DNA of 64,000 nt from Lentisphaeria bacterium. GTDB lineage: Bacteria; Verrucomicrobiota; Lentisphaeria; Victivallales; Victivallaceae. Made by a program: the position numbers and the translations under genes. This document shows, piece by piece, positions 38,879 through 48,300 of the stretch. How positions within the stretch are numbered: position 1 is the stretch's first letter; every line of letters begins with the position of its first letter. Below the pieces are notes generated by a model that saw only the letters and a program-made list of their open reading frames with translations, made no database searches and was not told where the DNA came from. Location: NCBI GenBank assembly GCA_017450705.1, contig JAFSTC010000092.1:1676-65675 (forward strand), given 5' to 3'.

Positions 38879-38972
38879 CGGATGTCCGTCCCTGCGGACA
38901 TGTTTCGGCCCCTTTCCGGCGCTCTTCGCGGGCGGTTCCCGGGCGTTTTTGTTTTTTTTATGTAAAAAAAGG

Positions 38973-38990
38973 GCTTTTTTCGCAAAAAGC
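38973..38990. promoter_or_regulatory. Candidate LacI-family operator: 18-bp imperfect palindrome centred on CG
   Basis: GCTTTTTTCGCAAAAAGC (16 of 18 positions symmetric) lies just upstream of the -35 position of the 39012 promoter. Confidence 0.3.
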
Positions 38991-39011
38991 AATGGAAAAA
39001 ATCTCTTCAGG

Positions 39012-39020
39012 TGGTATAAT
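39012..39020 (+). promoter_or_regulatory. Extended -10 promoter element (TGgTATAAT) for the NagB-like operon
   Basis: gTGgTATAATa is a perfect TGnTATAAT, about 65 nt upstream of the ATG at 39085, inside an AT-rich gap. Confidence 0.5.
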
Positions 39021-39084
39021 ATGCAGAGACACTTGATTTTCTCAAGCGGAAAAAGTCAATTGAAACAAACGGAGGAAACACAAA

Positions 39085-40011
39085 ATGCGCGCATTGTCCA
39101 AAGTCGCTCCCGAGTGGTGGGATTACACGACCCTTGACCGGTCCATCCTCGACGCCGCGGCCAAGATCACCATCAACGACCTCAAGAAACTCGAGCGTCC
39201 CGGCTTCAAGATCAACATCTTCGAGACCCTGCAGGAGTTCTACGCCGCCGAGGCTCTGGAATACGTCAAGTGCTGGCAGCAGGCCACCGCTTCCCGTCCC
39301 GCCGGCATCTGCGGACCCATCGGTCCCACCGAGCAGCTGCCCATCGTCGCCCAGATCGTCAACGACCTCAACATCAACCTCAAAAACTGCCACTTCTGGG
39401 GCATGGACGAATGGCTGGTCGACGGCAAGGCCGCCGATATCAACTTCCCCCTGGGCTTCGCCAAGGCCGACATGGATCTCTGCTTCAACCGCATCCGCCC
39501 CGAACTGCGCATGCCCAAGGAGAATCTCCACTTCCCCACCGAGAACCCCGAAGAGTACACCAAGAGCTACGATCTGGCCCGCTGCATCATCATGCAGGGC
39601 GGTCAGGGCGAGACCAAGCACTGGGCCTTCAACGATCCCGTGCACCGCGAAGGCGCCTACAAGGACAATCCGCCCACGCCTGAAGAGTACCGCAAAAAGT
39701 CCACCCGCATCGTGGATCTGCATCCCATCACCCTGATCCAGAACGCCCGCACCTCCGGCGGCGGCACCGTCCAGAACGTGCCCAACGGCGCCATCACCGT
39801 CGGCCCCGTCGAGACCTGGAAGGCCGAGAACGTCTCCATCTGGCATCCCGGCCACCACGACAACCCCTTCGGCCAGCGGCTCACCGCCTACATGATCTCC
39901 AACAAGATCGCCGACAGTACCGTGCCCATGTCCCTGCTCTCCGATCACCCCAGCGTGATCTTCAACTACTACCGCCACGGTTTCGGCGTGTGTGACGTGG
40001 AGATGCATTGA
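39085..40011 (+). CDS. Glucosamine-6-phosphate deaminase/isomerase (NagB/6-phosphogluconolactonase superfamily)-like protein
   Basis: [12 protein letters not shown]...HFWGMDEW...[18 protein letters not shown]. At 308 aa it is longer than a typical NagB. Confidence 0.8.
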   Translation: MRALSKVAPEWWDYTTLDRSILDAAAKITINDLKKLERPGFKINIFETLQEFYAAEALEYVKCWQQATASRPAGICGPIGPTEQLPIVAQIVNDLNINLKNCHFWGMDEWLVDGKAADINFPLGFAKADMDLCFNRIRPELRMPKENLHFPTENPEEYTKSYDLARCIIMQGGQGETKHWAFNDPVHREGAYKDNPPTPEEYRKKSTRIVDLHPITLIQNARTSGGGTVQNVPNGAITVGPVETWKAENVSIWHPGHHDNPFGQRLTAYMISNKIADSTVPMSLLSDHPSVIFNYYRHGFGVCDVEMH

Positions 40012-40013
40012 TC

Positions 40014-40820
40014 ATGGCCAAACGCGCATTCGCCATCGCCTGCCATCCCGACGACATCGAGTTCGGGATGGCGGGAACGCTCATCAAGCTCAAGAAGGCC
40101 GGGTACGAGATCCATTACATGAATATCGCCAACGGCAGTCTCGGCACCAATCAGTACGACTACAAGACCATCGTCGCCATGCGGCGTGAAGAGGCCATGA
40201 ACGCCGCCAAGCTCATCGGGGCGCACTACCACGAGAGCATCTGCGACGACGTCGAGGTCTTCTACTCCAAGGAGCTCTACGCCCAGATCGTGCCCGAGAT
40301 CCGCGAGGTCGATCCCGAGATCATCCTCACCCACGGGCCCTACGATTACATGGAGGACCACGTCAACGCCGGACGTCTTGCCGTCAGCTCCGCGTTCTTC
40401 CGCGGCATGACCAACTGCAAGTGCTCCCGGCCCGCGGCCCCGGTCAACACCGAAGTGGCGATCTACCACTCCGCGCCCCACAGCCTGACCGACCAGCTCC
40501 GCCGCCCCGTGATCCCCGGCATGTTCGTGGACATCAAGGACGAACTCCAGACCAAGAAGGACATGCTCTGCTGCCACCGCTCCCAGAAGGACTGGCTGGA
40601 CATCAGCCAGGGCAACGACGCCTATCTGGACGACATGGAGTCCCGCGCCCGCTACTTCGGACGCATCTCCGGCAGATACACCTTCGCCGAAGGCTGGATC
40701 CGTCACAACCATCTGGGCTTCTGCGGTCCGGACTTCAACCCCATGCTCGAGGCGCTGAAAGACGACTGCTTCGTCAATCAGAAGTTCGAAGACGCCCTCA
40801 AGCTCGAAAACTATCTCTGA
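40014..40820 (+). CDS. PIG-L/LmbE family N-acetylglucosaminyl deacetylase
   Basis: AIACHPDDIEFGMAG matches the AHPDDxE signature, followed by EDHVNAG. The ATG lies 3 nt after the upstream stop; the track start at 40008 is TTG. Confidence 0.88.
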   Translation: MAKRAFAIACHPDDIEFGMAGTLIKLKKAGYEIHYMNIANGSLGTNQYDYKTIVAMRREEAMNAAKLIGAHYHESICDDVEVFYSKELYAQIVPEIREVDPEIILTHGPYDYMEDHVNAGRLAVSSAFFRGMTNCKCSRPAAPVNTEVAIYHSAPHSLTDQLRRPVIPGMFVDIKDELQTKKDMLCCHRSQKDWLDISQGNDAYLDDMESRARYFGRISGRYTFAEGWIRHNHLGFCGPDFNPMLEALKDDCFVNQKFEDALKLENYL

Positions 40821-40833
40821 GGAGTTTCTGCAC

Positions 40834-41958
40834 GTGAGTACATTCGTCGGAATCGGTCTCGGCCCCATCCAGACCGGGATCTTCCTCGCCGGAGCCGCCA
40901 AAGGCGGCTTCGACCGCATCGTCATCGCGGAGGTCAACGACAAGCTCAGGGCCGCCGTCAACGCCGCGGGGAGCGTCACCGTCAACATCGCGGCGAAAGA
41001 CCGGGTGTACGCCGAGACTTACAAAAACGTCGAAGTCTACAACCCCAACGATCCCGAAGAGGTGAAAAAACTGATCCAGGCCGCGGCGGAAGCCTCGGAG
41101 CTGGCCACGGCTCTGCCCAGCGTCAAGTTCTACGCCTACTGCGCCCCCTGGCTCCGCGAGGGCTTTGCCCTCCAGCCGGAGCGCACCCGCTTCTTCTACA
41201 CGGCCGAAAACAACAATCACGCCGCCGAAGAGCTGGAAAAGGCCATGGGGACGAAATTCCCCAACACCTTCTACCTCAACACCGTCATCGGCAAGATGAG
41301 CGGCATCGTCCCGGCCTCCGCCGAGCGTCCGGGCCTGGCCCCCGCCGCCGAGAACGGTCACCTGGTGGAGGAGTTCTGCACCATCTACATCTCCAAGTGC
41401 CCCGGCATCGGGAACAGGAAAGTGCAGTCCCTCTTCGTCAAGGACGACCTCTTCCCCTTCGAGGACGCCAAACTTTACGGTCACAACGCGACGCATTTCC
41501 TCCTCGCCACCCTGGGCAAGGCCAAGGGCTGCACCACCATGGACGAAGTGCGCGCCTTCCCGGAACTCGTCGAGATCGCCCGTCAGGCCTTCACGAACGA
41601 GTCCGGCGCGGCCCTGATCAAAAAGTACGGGCACCTCAACGACGAGCTTTTCACCGAGGCCGGATTCAAGGCCTACGTGGATAATCTCCTCGTGCGCATG
41701 ACCAATCCCTTCCTCAAGGACGCCATCGACCGCATCACCCGCGATCCCGAGCGCAAATTGAGCTGGGACGACCGCGTCATCGGCACCATGCGTCTGGCCC
41801 TGAGCCAGGGCATCGAGCCCGTGAACTTCGCCGCCGGCGCCAAACTCGCCGCCGCCGAATGGGCCGCCGGAGAAGACGTCCGCACCAAACTCGCCGCCCT
41901 GTGGCCCCAGCCCTGGGGCCCCGAGCACGAAAAACTCGCCTCCCTCATGGAGATCTGA
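40834..41958 (+). CDS. Hypothetical protein, possible Rossmann-type sugar(-phosphate) dehydrogenase (mannitol-dehydrogenase-like); function uncertain
   Basis: Gly-rich N-terminus FVGIGLGPIQTGIFLAGAA resembles the GxGxIGRG opening of mannitol/polyol dehydrogenases. GTG start follows GAGGAG. Weak, eye-only similarity. Confidence 0.55.
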   Translation: MSTFVGIGLGPIQTGIFLAGAAKGGFDRIVIAEVNDKLRAAVNAAGSVTVNIAAKDRVYAETYKNVEVYNPNDPEEVKKLIQAAAEASELATALPSVKFYAYCAPWLREGFALQPERTRFFYTAENNNHAAEELEKAMGTKFPNTFYLNTVIGKMSGIVPASAERPGLAPAAENGHLVEEFCTIYISKCPGIGNRKVQSLFVKDDLFPFEDAKLYGHNATHFLLATLGKAKGCTTMDEVRAFPELVEIARQAFTNESGAALIKKYGHLNDELFTEAGFKAYVDNLLVRMTNPFLKDAIDRITRDPERKLSWDDRVIGTMRLALSQGIEPVNFAAGAKLAAAEWAAGEDVRTKLAALWPQPWGPEHEKLASLMEI

Positions 41959-42046
41959 TTTACTTCTTTTCCCCGTGAAAAGAAGTAAGTCAATACTGCC
42001 GGATAACGGCGGCCTTGCCCTTCGGGGAGGCCGCCGATTTTTTGTC
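41959..42046 (+). repeat. Direct repeat copy 2, directly after the cassette's last stop codon
   Basis: TTTACTTCTTTTCCCCGTGAAAAGAAGTAAGTCAATACTGCCGGATAACGGCGGCCTTGCCCTTCGGGGAGGCCGCCGATTTTTTG. Confidence 0.8.
42007..42043 (+). terminator. Rho-independent terminator of the NagB-like operon
   Basis: CGGCGGCC / ttgcccttcgggga / GGCCGCCG followed by ATTTTTT. Confidence 0.7.
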
Positions 42047-42112
42047 CCGTTCCCCGCCCCGGCCCGCGTCACCGCGGCGGCTTCCGGACTTAACCGTACC
42101 TCTCCGTACCGG

Positions 42113-42970
42113 TCAGTACCGCGGGATGTGAGACCACGATTCGGTGCGGTACTGTCCGGGGGAAAGCCCCTCTTTCTGCCGGAAGACCCGGCAGAAGTAA
42201 CTGCCGGACTTGAATCCGGTCCGCTCCGCGATCTGATCCAGCAGCAGGTCCGAGGTAAGAAGAAGTCTCTTGGCCCTCTGTATGCGTTCCCTGTTGACCA
42301 GGACCTGAAAGTTCTCTCCGCATTCCTCTCTGACCATGTGTCCGCTGCGGGAAACGGAGAGACACAGTTCCTTCGCCAGCTCTTTCAGCGTGCAGTTCGA
42401 ACGGTGGGCGTTGCGGCGTATGAAGTATTCTATGCGGCGGCGTCTCGCGCTCAGACGGGCCGGAACTTCCGCCTCGAGTTCCCGTTCCAGCAGCGCAAGA
42501 AGGGAGACGCCCAGCGCGTACAGGACCCTCGACAGTTCTTCCTCTTTTTCGGCGGTCAGAACGGGCAATGCCCCGTAGAGCTCCCGGGCCTTTTCCGCGG
42601 GCAGCGGACAACGCGCCCCCGCTTCCCTGAAGGCTCCGGCAAACAGCGTCAGCATCCGGACGCCGTCCATGCGGATCGTCACCGCGATCTCGCAGATACC
42701 CTTCCAGCAGCATAGCCGGCACTCGGATCTCTCCGGATCGGAATCGAAGATCTGATTGATCCTGCCCACGCAGTTCTGCGTACAGAGAAGTTCCCCCTCC
42801 CGGCCGTTCCGCAGATAGCGGCAGTAGGGATGCATGTGCAGATGCCTTCCCGGCAGGGGATTGCGGTCGTTCCGCCCCCGCAGCTGCCCCAGTTCGTCGT
42901 GGACGGTTATGCGGATCCCGAAGGCTTTTTCGTGATCCCGCAGCAGTTTTTCGCAGTCGAAGGTTTTCAT
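42113..42970 (-). CDS. AraC family transcriptional regulator with Cys/His-rich (PocR-like) N-terminal sensor
   Basis: N-terminus ITVHDELG...HLHMHPYCRYLR...LLCTQNCVGR...ECRLCCWKGICEIA. C-terminal HTH LKELAKELCLSVSRSGHMVREECGENFQVLVNRERIQRAKRLL...IAERTGFKSGSYFCRVFRQKEGLSPGQYR. Confidence 0.85.
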   Translation of the reverse strand: MKTFDCEKLLRDHEKAFGIRITVHDELGQLRGRNDRNPLPGRHLHMHPYCRYLRNGREGELLCTQNCVGRINQIFDSDPERSECRLCCWKGICEIAVTIRMDGVRMLTLFAGAFREAGARCPLPAEKARELYGALPVLTAEKEEELSRVLYALGVSLLALLERELEAEVPARLSARRRRIEYFIRRNAHRSNCTLKELAKELCLSVSRSGHMVREECGENFQVLVNRERIQRAKRLLLTSDLLLDQIAERTGFKSGSYFCRVFRQKEGLSPGQYRTESWSHIPRY

Positions 42971-43196
42971 ATCCCATTCCCGAGGAGTCTCCTTTACAAT
43001 AGCACCTTTCCGCTGTTTTTCAATCTGCCCGCGGGAACTTTCCGTGCGTCGGCGCAGCGCCGCCGAACGCCGGAAAAATGACGTTTTTTTGTCGAAAAAA
43101 CCGCGTTTCAGCCGATTTGTGCAATTCTTTAGCCGTTGTGCCTATTTCAAAACCTTCCTTTCCGCGGTATAGTAGGCCGCAGCAAGGAGAAAGCGC

Positions 43197-44549
43197 GTGG
43201 ATTTCGGAAACAATGACATGAGCGGCGGCGGAAAAGAAAAAACCGGTCTTCCCGATGGAAATGACGTACGGGACGCTTCCTTTGTCGCCGAGCCGGCAAG
43301 GCAAGTCCCCGTCGCGGGACGGTACGACGTGATCGTCGCAGGGGGCGGTCCGGCCGGCGTGTGCGCGGCCCTGGCCGCCGCGGAACGGGGATGTTCCGTC
43401 CTTCTGCTGGAAGCCGAGGGCTGTCTCGGGGGCATCCTGACTTCCGGACTGATGTCCAACATCCTCGATGCGAAGAACAAGGGCGGTCTCCTGAAGTCGA
43501 TCCTTGCGGAGCTTTCCGGCATGGGCATGGCCAGCGGCCATCACGCTTGCGTCGATCCGGAAGCGATGAAGATCGTTCTGGAGAACCGTGTGCGCAGGGC
43601 CGGGATCCATGTCCGGCTCCGGACCCGCGTCGCGGGGGCGAAAGTCTCTTCGGCCCGGCGCGTCGAGGCCGTTTTCACCGAGTCCTGTTCCGGCCGCGAG
43701 GCCTGGATCGGGAAGGTTTTCGTCGATGCCACGGGCAACGGCGATCTGGGCGCCCTCTCGGGATGCGGTTATGAATTGGGCGACCCGGACGGCCGGATCC
43801 AGGCGGCCAGTCTTTGTGCCCTTATATACGGTGTCGGCGCCGGGGCCATCCCCGACCTGCTGGAGATCGAGAAAGACGGCGGCAAACGCAGATTGTACGA
43901 ATTGCTCGATCAGGCGGGCAGGCGTCCCAGCTACTCGAAGCCGACGCTCTTTTCTCTGAACGAAAACGGTTTTCTGCTGATGTCGAATCATCAGTACCGG
44001 GTGTATCCCGACGACGCGGACGCATTGACGGATGCCGTCCTTCAGGCCCGCGCGGAAATATGGGAGCAGATCGCGGCCCTGCGCCGGACGGATCCGCGCC
44101 TGGCAAAGCTGCGCATCGGCACGACCGCCGCGGCGCTGGGACTCCGCGAGGGGCGCCGGATCTCCGCCCTTTACAGGGTGGTCCTCGATGACCTGCGGGA
44201 GGGACGCTCCCAGCCGGATCCGGTTTGCCGGGGAACGTTCAGCGTGGACGTCCACGGTATGTTTCCCGGGAACTCCGGATACACATCCGCGGGGTTCAAG
44301 GTCCGGCCCTACGACATCCCGCTGAGGGCGCTGATCGCCCGCGACGCGGTCAATCTGCTTCTGGCCGGCCGCTGCATCTGCGGGGATGTCTACGCCCACG
44401 CAAGCTACCGGGTCGTCGGGAACGCCGCGCCCATCGGCGAGGCCGCCGGGATCTGCGCGGCCCTCGCCGTGCGGCAGGATCTGCCGCCGGAAGAGGTCTC
44501 CTACGCGGATTTCGTTCAGGCGGGAGGAAATCCCCATCCACATGTGTGA
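43197..44549 (+). CDS. FAD-dependent oxidoreductase (FAD_oxidored/GIDA-like fold)
   Basis: YDVIVAGGGPAGVCAALAAAERG is a GxGxxG dinucleotide fold, followed by VFVDATGNGDL. The GTG start lies 8 nt after AAGGAG. Confidence 0.85.
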   Translation: MDFGNNDMSGGGKEKTGLPDGNDVRDASFVAEPARQVPVAGRYDVIVAGGGPAGVCAALAAAERGCSVLLLEAEGCLGGILTSGLMSNILDAKNKGGLLKSILAELSGMGMASGHHACVDPEAMKIVLENRVRRAGIHVRLRTRVAGAKVSSARRVEAVFTESCSGREAWIGKVFVDATGNGDLGALSGCGYELGDPDGRIQAASLCALIYGVGAGAIPDLLEIEKDGGKRRLYELLDQAGRRPSYSKPTLFSLNENGFLLMSNHQYRVYPDDADALTDAVLQARAEIWEQIAALRRTDPRLAKLRIGTTAAALGLREGRRISALYRVVLDDLREGRSQPDPVCRGTFSVDVHGMFPGNSGYTSAGFKVRPYDIPLRALIARDAVNLLLAGRCICGDVYAHASYRVVGNAAPIGEAAGICAALAVRQDLPPEEVSYADFVQAGGNPHPHV

Positions 44550-44612
44550 CGTGCGGGAACATCATTGCATATCAACGGAAATCAAAACAACCGAGAGAAA
44601 AGGGGGTAAGGA

Positions 44613-45287
44613 ATGAAAGAAAACAAGAAGCTGTCCGGCGGACGTTTCGGGAAACGCATCCATCAAAAGTTCACCCTGATAGAACTTTTGGTCGTCATTG
44701 CGATCATCGCCATTCTTGCGGCAATGCTGATGCCCGCGCTGCAGCAGGCCCGGGAGAGCGCGCGGACGAGCAGTTGTCTCAACAATCTCGGGCAGCTGGG
44801 CAAGGCCACCCGTTTTTACGCCGACGACAACAACGGCTACATCCCCATTTATCAGCCGATGACGACGCGCTACTACTGGCATCTGGCACTGGTCGAGGGA
44901 AAATACACGCCGATGCCGCGTGAAAAGTTTCTGGCCACCGACAATGCACAGGGCCTCTTTGCCTGTCCGACGGAATCCCGGGAAAAATCTTATACCGACA
45001 AAAGCTGGGGGCGGACCCATTACGGGCAGGACCGCAGCATGGACGCCGTTATGCTCGCCGCAAGCGGGTATTCCAAAAATGCCTTGCGCATCGACAGTTA
45101 CAAAAATTCGTCGAGGAAGGTGTGGCTGGGGGACTCTTCGGTCGGACTGGTCATCCGCAACTACGTCGATTACTTTCCCGCTCTCCGGCACAACGGCGGA
45201 TGGTGCGTCAATTATCTGGACGGCCACGTCGGATCCCTCAAGGAGGTCCCGCCTTCCAGCGATGTCTTCTGGGATGTCAACATTTAG
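44613..45287 (+). CDS. Prepilin-type N-terminal domain / H-X9-DG protein (paralogue 4)
   Basis: [35 protein letters not shown] near the N-terminus. The C-terminus [13 protein letters not shown] fits H-X9-DG. Confidence 0.88.
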   Translation: MKENKKLSGGRFGKRIHQKFTLIELLVVIAIIAILAAMLMPALQQARESARTSSCLNNLGQLGKATRFYADDNNGYIPIYQPMTTRYYWHLALVEGKYTPMPREKFLATDNAQGLFACPTESREKSYTDKSWGRTHYGQDRSMDAVMLAASGYSKNALRIDSYKNSSRKVWLGDSSVGLVIRNYVDYFPALRHNGGWCVNYLDGHVGSLKEVPPSSDVFWDVNI

Positions 45288-45302
45288 GAAGGAGAAGACG
45301 CC

Positions 45303-48300
45303 GTGAATCGCCGTTTTTTGCCCGCGGGGATGCTTCTTCTCTTCTCCGGTTTGCTCGTTCCGGTCTGTACCGGAGAGGACAAACTGGTTTTTTCCTGCGA
45401 TTTTTCCGACAAATTCCGTCCGCAGACCTGTGTCCAGCCCTGCGACATCTTTCCGAAAGACGCGAAGATCGTGGACGTTCCCGGCGGGAAGGCTCTGCGG
45501 GTCGGCAAGGACAAGGACGGCCGTCTTTCGAGGGTGACCTGGCAGATCAAGAAAACGGTCCCGACGGCAACGCTGCCCGATCCCGAGCGGCCGTTCCCCA
45601 TGCGTTTCGGCCGTCTCGAGTTTCAGTTCCGCCCCGTTGACTGGCGTCTCGGAGATCCCCCGTTCAACATGATGCTGATCATGCGGGGACCGCGGCAGAC
45701 CCGTCTCCACATCACCTACACCCGGCCCGGGGGAACGGGGCTCCCCTCGATACAGGCTTCCTACGGGCAGAACGGGAACCGGAAGATCGGCAAAGGGCAG
45801 CTGCCCTCCCTTTTCCCCTACATCGATCTGGACGGCGCGCGGGAGTGGCACGACGTGCGCTTCGAATGGACTCCGGCCATGCTCAAGCTGACCGTCGATG
45901 GACATGAGAAGATCCTGTCCGCCAGAGACCTGGCCGCGCCGGAGGGCGATTTCTACGCGACGGGCCTGATCCTCGGCGGGGAAACGGCGAAGGAGCTCCG
46001 CGGTCTCACCGATATCAGAAACGTGAAGATCTTCTCGACCCGGCCGAAGGCGGAAAAAGCCGGCAGGACCCATTTCCCCGAGGTCTCCGTCCCTCCCGTG
46101 AAGGCTCCCGTGATCGACGGGGCCGTGTCGCGGGAAGAGTGGTCCTCAGCCGCCGCGGTCAGCGGTTTCAAATCCCTGCCCCGGGGGATCTTTGCCGGGC
46201 ATCAGCCGGTCGTCCACATCGGATACGATGAAAAAAACCTCTACTTCGCCGTGGTCAGCTCCGGTCATGACGCCCCACCGCGCGCGCGGCACACTTCTCA
46301 CGACGCCAACATCTGGGAGGACGACAATTTCGAGCTGCACATCGACCCCGCGCCGGAAACGCCGGATCATTTTCAACTGACCGTCAACAGCGCGGGGATC
46401 GTCTTCGACCAGCACATCCGGCCCGGCCGCGGGTTCGACGAGTGCCGCCGGTGGGACTGCCGGGACCTGGAGACGGCGAGCCGCTTCGACGGCGGCACCT
46501 GGACTTTCGAGGCCAGGATCCCCTTTTCCGCGCTGGGCGCCGCCGCGCCGCGCCCCGGCGACAGATGGCTCTTCAACGTCTGCCAGACCCTTCCCGGATC
46601 GGGCCTCTACAGCCTGGCCGCGGTCCAGAACAACTACAGGGAGCATGACAGGCTCGGCATTTTGACGTTCCGCTCCGCCGACGCTCCCCGGGTCAAACTG
46701 GCCGGTTTCGGAGACCTGACCCGCGGGAACGCGGATCTTTCTTTCGGCGCCCCCGGCGTCAGGAACGGCAAAACCGAGGTCACCGCCATGCGGTTCGACG
46801 AGACGGCCGGCGTGGAATTCCCCCTGTTCAGCGAGACGGGCCCCCTGCGTCCCGGCGTGAGCCGGGTCTTTTCCGCGGACAGCGGCAAACTCGGCAAGAC
46901 CGGGACGCTGTACGTGAATCTCTTCGAAGGGCGGGACCGGATCTACGCCGGGCGTTTCCGCTACGAGATCAGCGACGAAGCGGAGATCGAGTTCCTGCGC
47001 AGGATCGTCAGGGACGGGAAAAATTTTCTGCTGGTCCAAAGCGTCCAGGCCGTCCCTCCCGGGGGCTCCCTGCTTTTCGAGATAACGGACAAGGCAAAAA
47101 AAATCGTCTTCCGTCACAAGGTCCCCGCGGCGAAGGACCGCTGCGAGACGCTGATCCCGCTTTCGGATCTTGCCGAAGGCGACTACATGATCGGTCTGCA
47201 TCTGCTGGACCGGCAGGGGGCGACGCTCAAGACGGCCGCGGCCCGTCCCTTCACCGTGTTCGGACCAAAGCTTCCGTGGACGGGGTGCCGGCTGGGCATC
47301 ACCGACGGCGTTCCCGCGCCGTGGGTCCCGCTGCAGGCGTCGGAGGAGAAGGGGACCGTCACCGTCAGGTGCTGGAACCGCACGTATACCTTCGGAAGCC
47401 GGTCGCTTTTCGCCGAAGGGATCCGGTCGGGCGGCACGGAGTATCTGACTGAGCCCGTCCGTCTGCTCGTTTCGGCCGGGAAGCCCCTGTCCGTTTCCGG
47501 GATTTCCGCGAAGCTGATCTCGGCGGACAAAAGGACCGCCGTCGTCGAAATGACGGGCGAGATCCCCGGCCTGGGCGCCGTCAGAACGACGGCTTCCGTG
47601 GAATACGACGGCTTCATCTGGTACGACTTGGAGCTCCGGGCCGGCACCCCGGGGAAGCTTCATATGCTTGCCGTCGAACTGAAGATGCCCGGCAGCGCCT
47701 CCACGCTGCTCAACTCGGGCTACCGCACGCTGGTCAACACCGGGAAAACGCCGAAAAGCTGGAGCAAAAAACTGGACGACACCTTCGGCCCCTTCTGGAT
47801 CGGGAACGAGACGGGCGGGTTGAGTTTCGGGATCGAATCCGCGGAAAACTGGTGCAACAGGGACCCCGGCCGTCAGGCCGTCGTCACCCGGGACGGAGAG
47901 GGTGCCCGGGTCGTCCTCTCCCCGGTCGACGCCGGCATTGCGATAAAGGACCGTCTGACCTGGGGTTTTTACATCCACCCGACCCCCGTGCGGCCCCGGC
48001 CCGCCGTATTCCACACCATGCGCTGTCAGGACTGGTTCGGCCACAACCGGGAGCTTCTCGGGAAGAAGAGCTATCCCCCCAATCTCTCCTACTGGATGAC
48101 GGGATATCACTATCAGGGCACCCCGGCCTGGGAAACCGACAGGAAACGGCTCGAGAAGAACAGAAAGGAGCGTATGCTCCACTGGCGGCCCTACTTCCAT
48201 TACGACAACCTGACGAAGGAAAAGTGCCGTTCGGCCTGGTACGCCGACTATTCGAGCATCGGACGCAATTCCCCCGAGACGATCTGGTGCGGGGAGTCCT

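Noticed and set aside
38762-42046. Direct repeats flanking the NagB-like cassette as att sites of an integrative element
   Set aside because: No integrase, recombinase or transposase lies in or near the cassette and no tRNA target is present. The repeats contain terminator-like hairpins, so duplicated terminator or REP-type modules are at least as likely. This is kept as a finding but not called a mobile element.
41975-42715. 246-aa plus-strand ORF starting inside repeat copy 2. Also small ORFs 38792-38992 and 38830-39036
   Set aside because: The first is antisense to the AraC gene at 42113-42970 and begins within the repeat/terminator. The small ORFs lie in the repeat and promoter gap and have no coding features.
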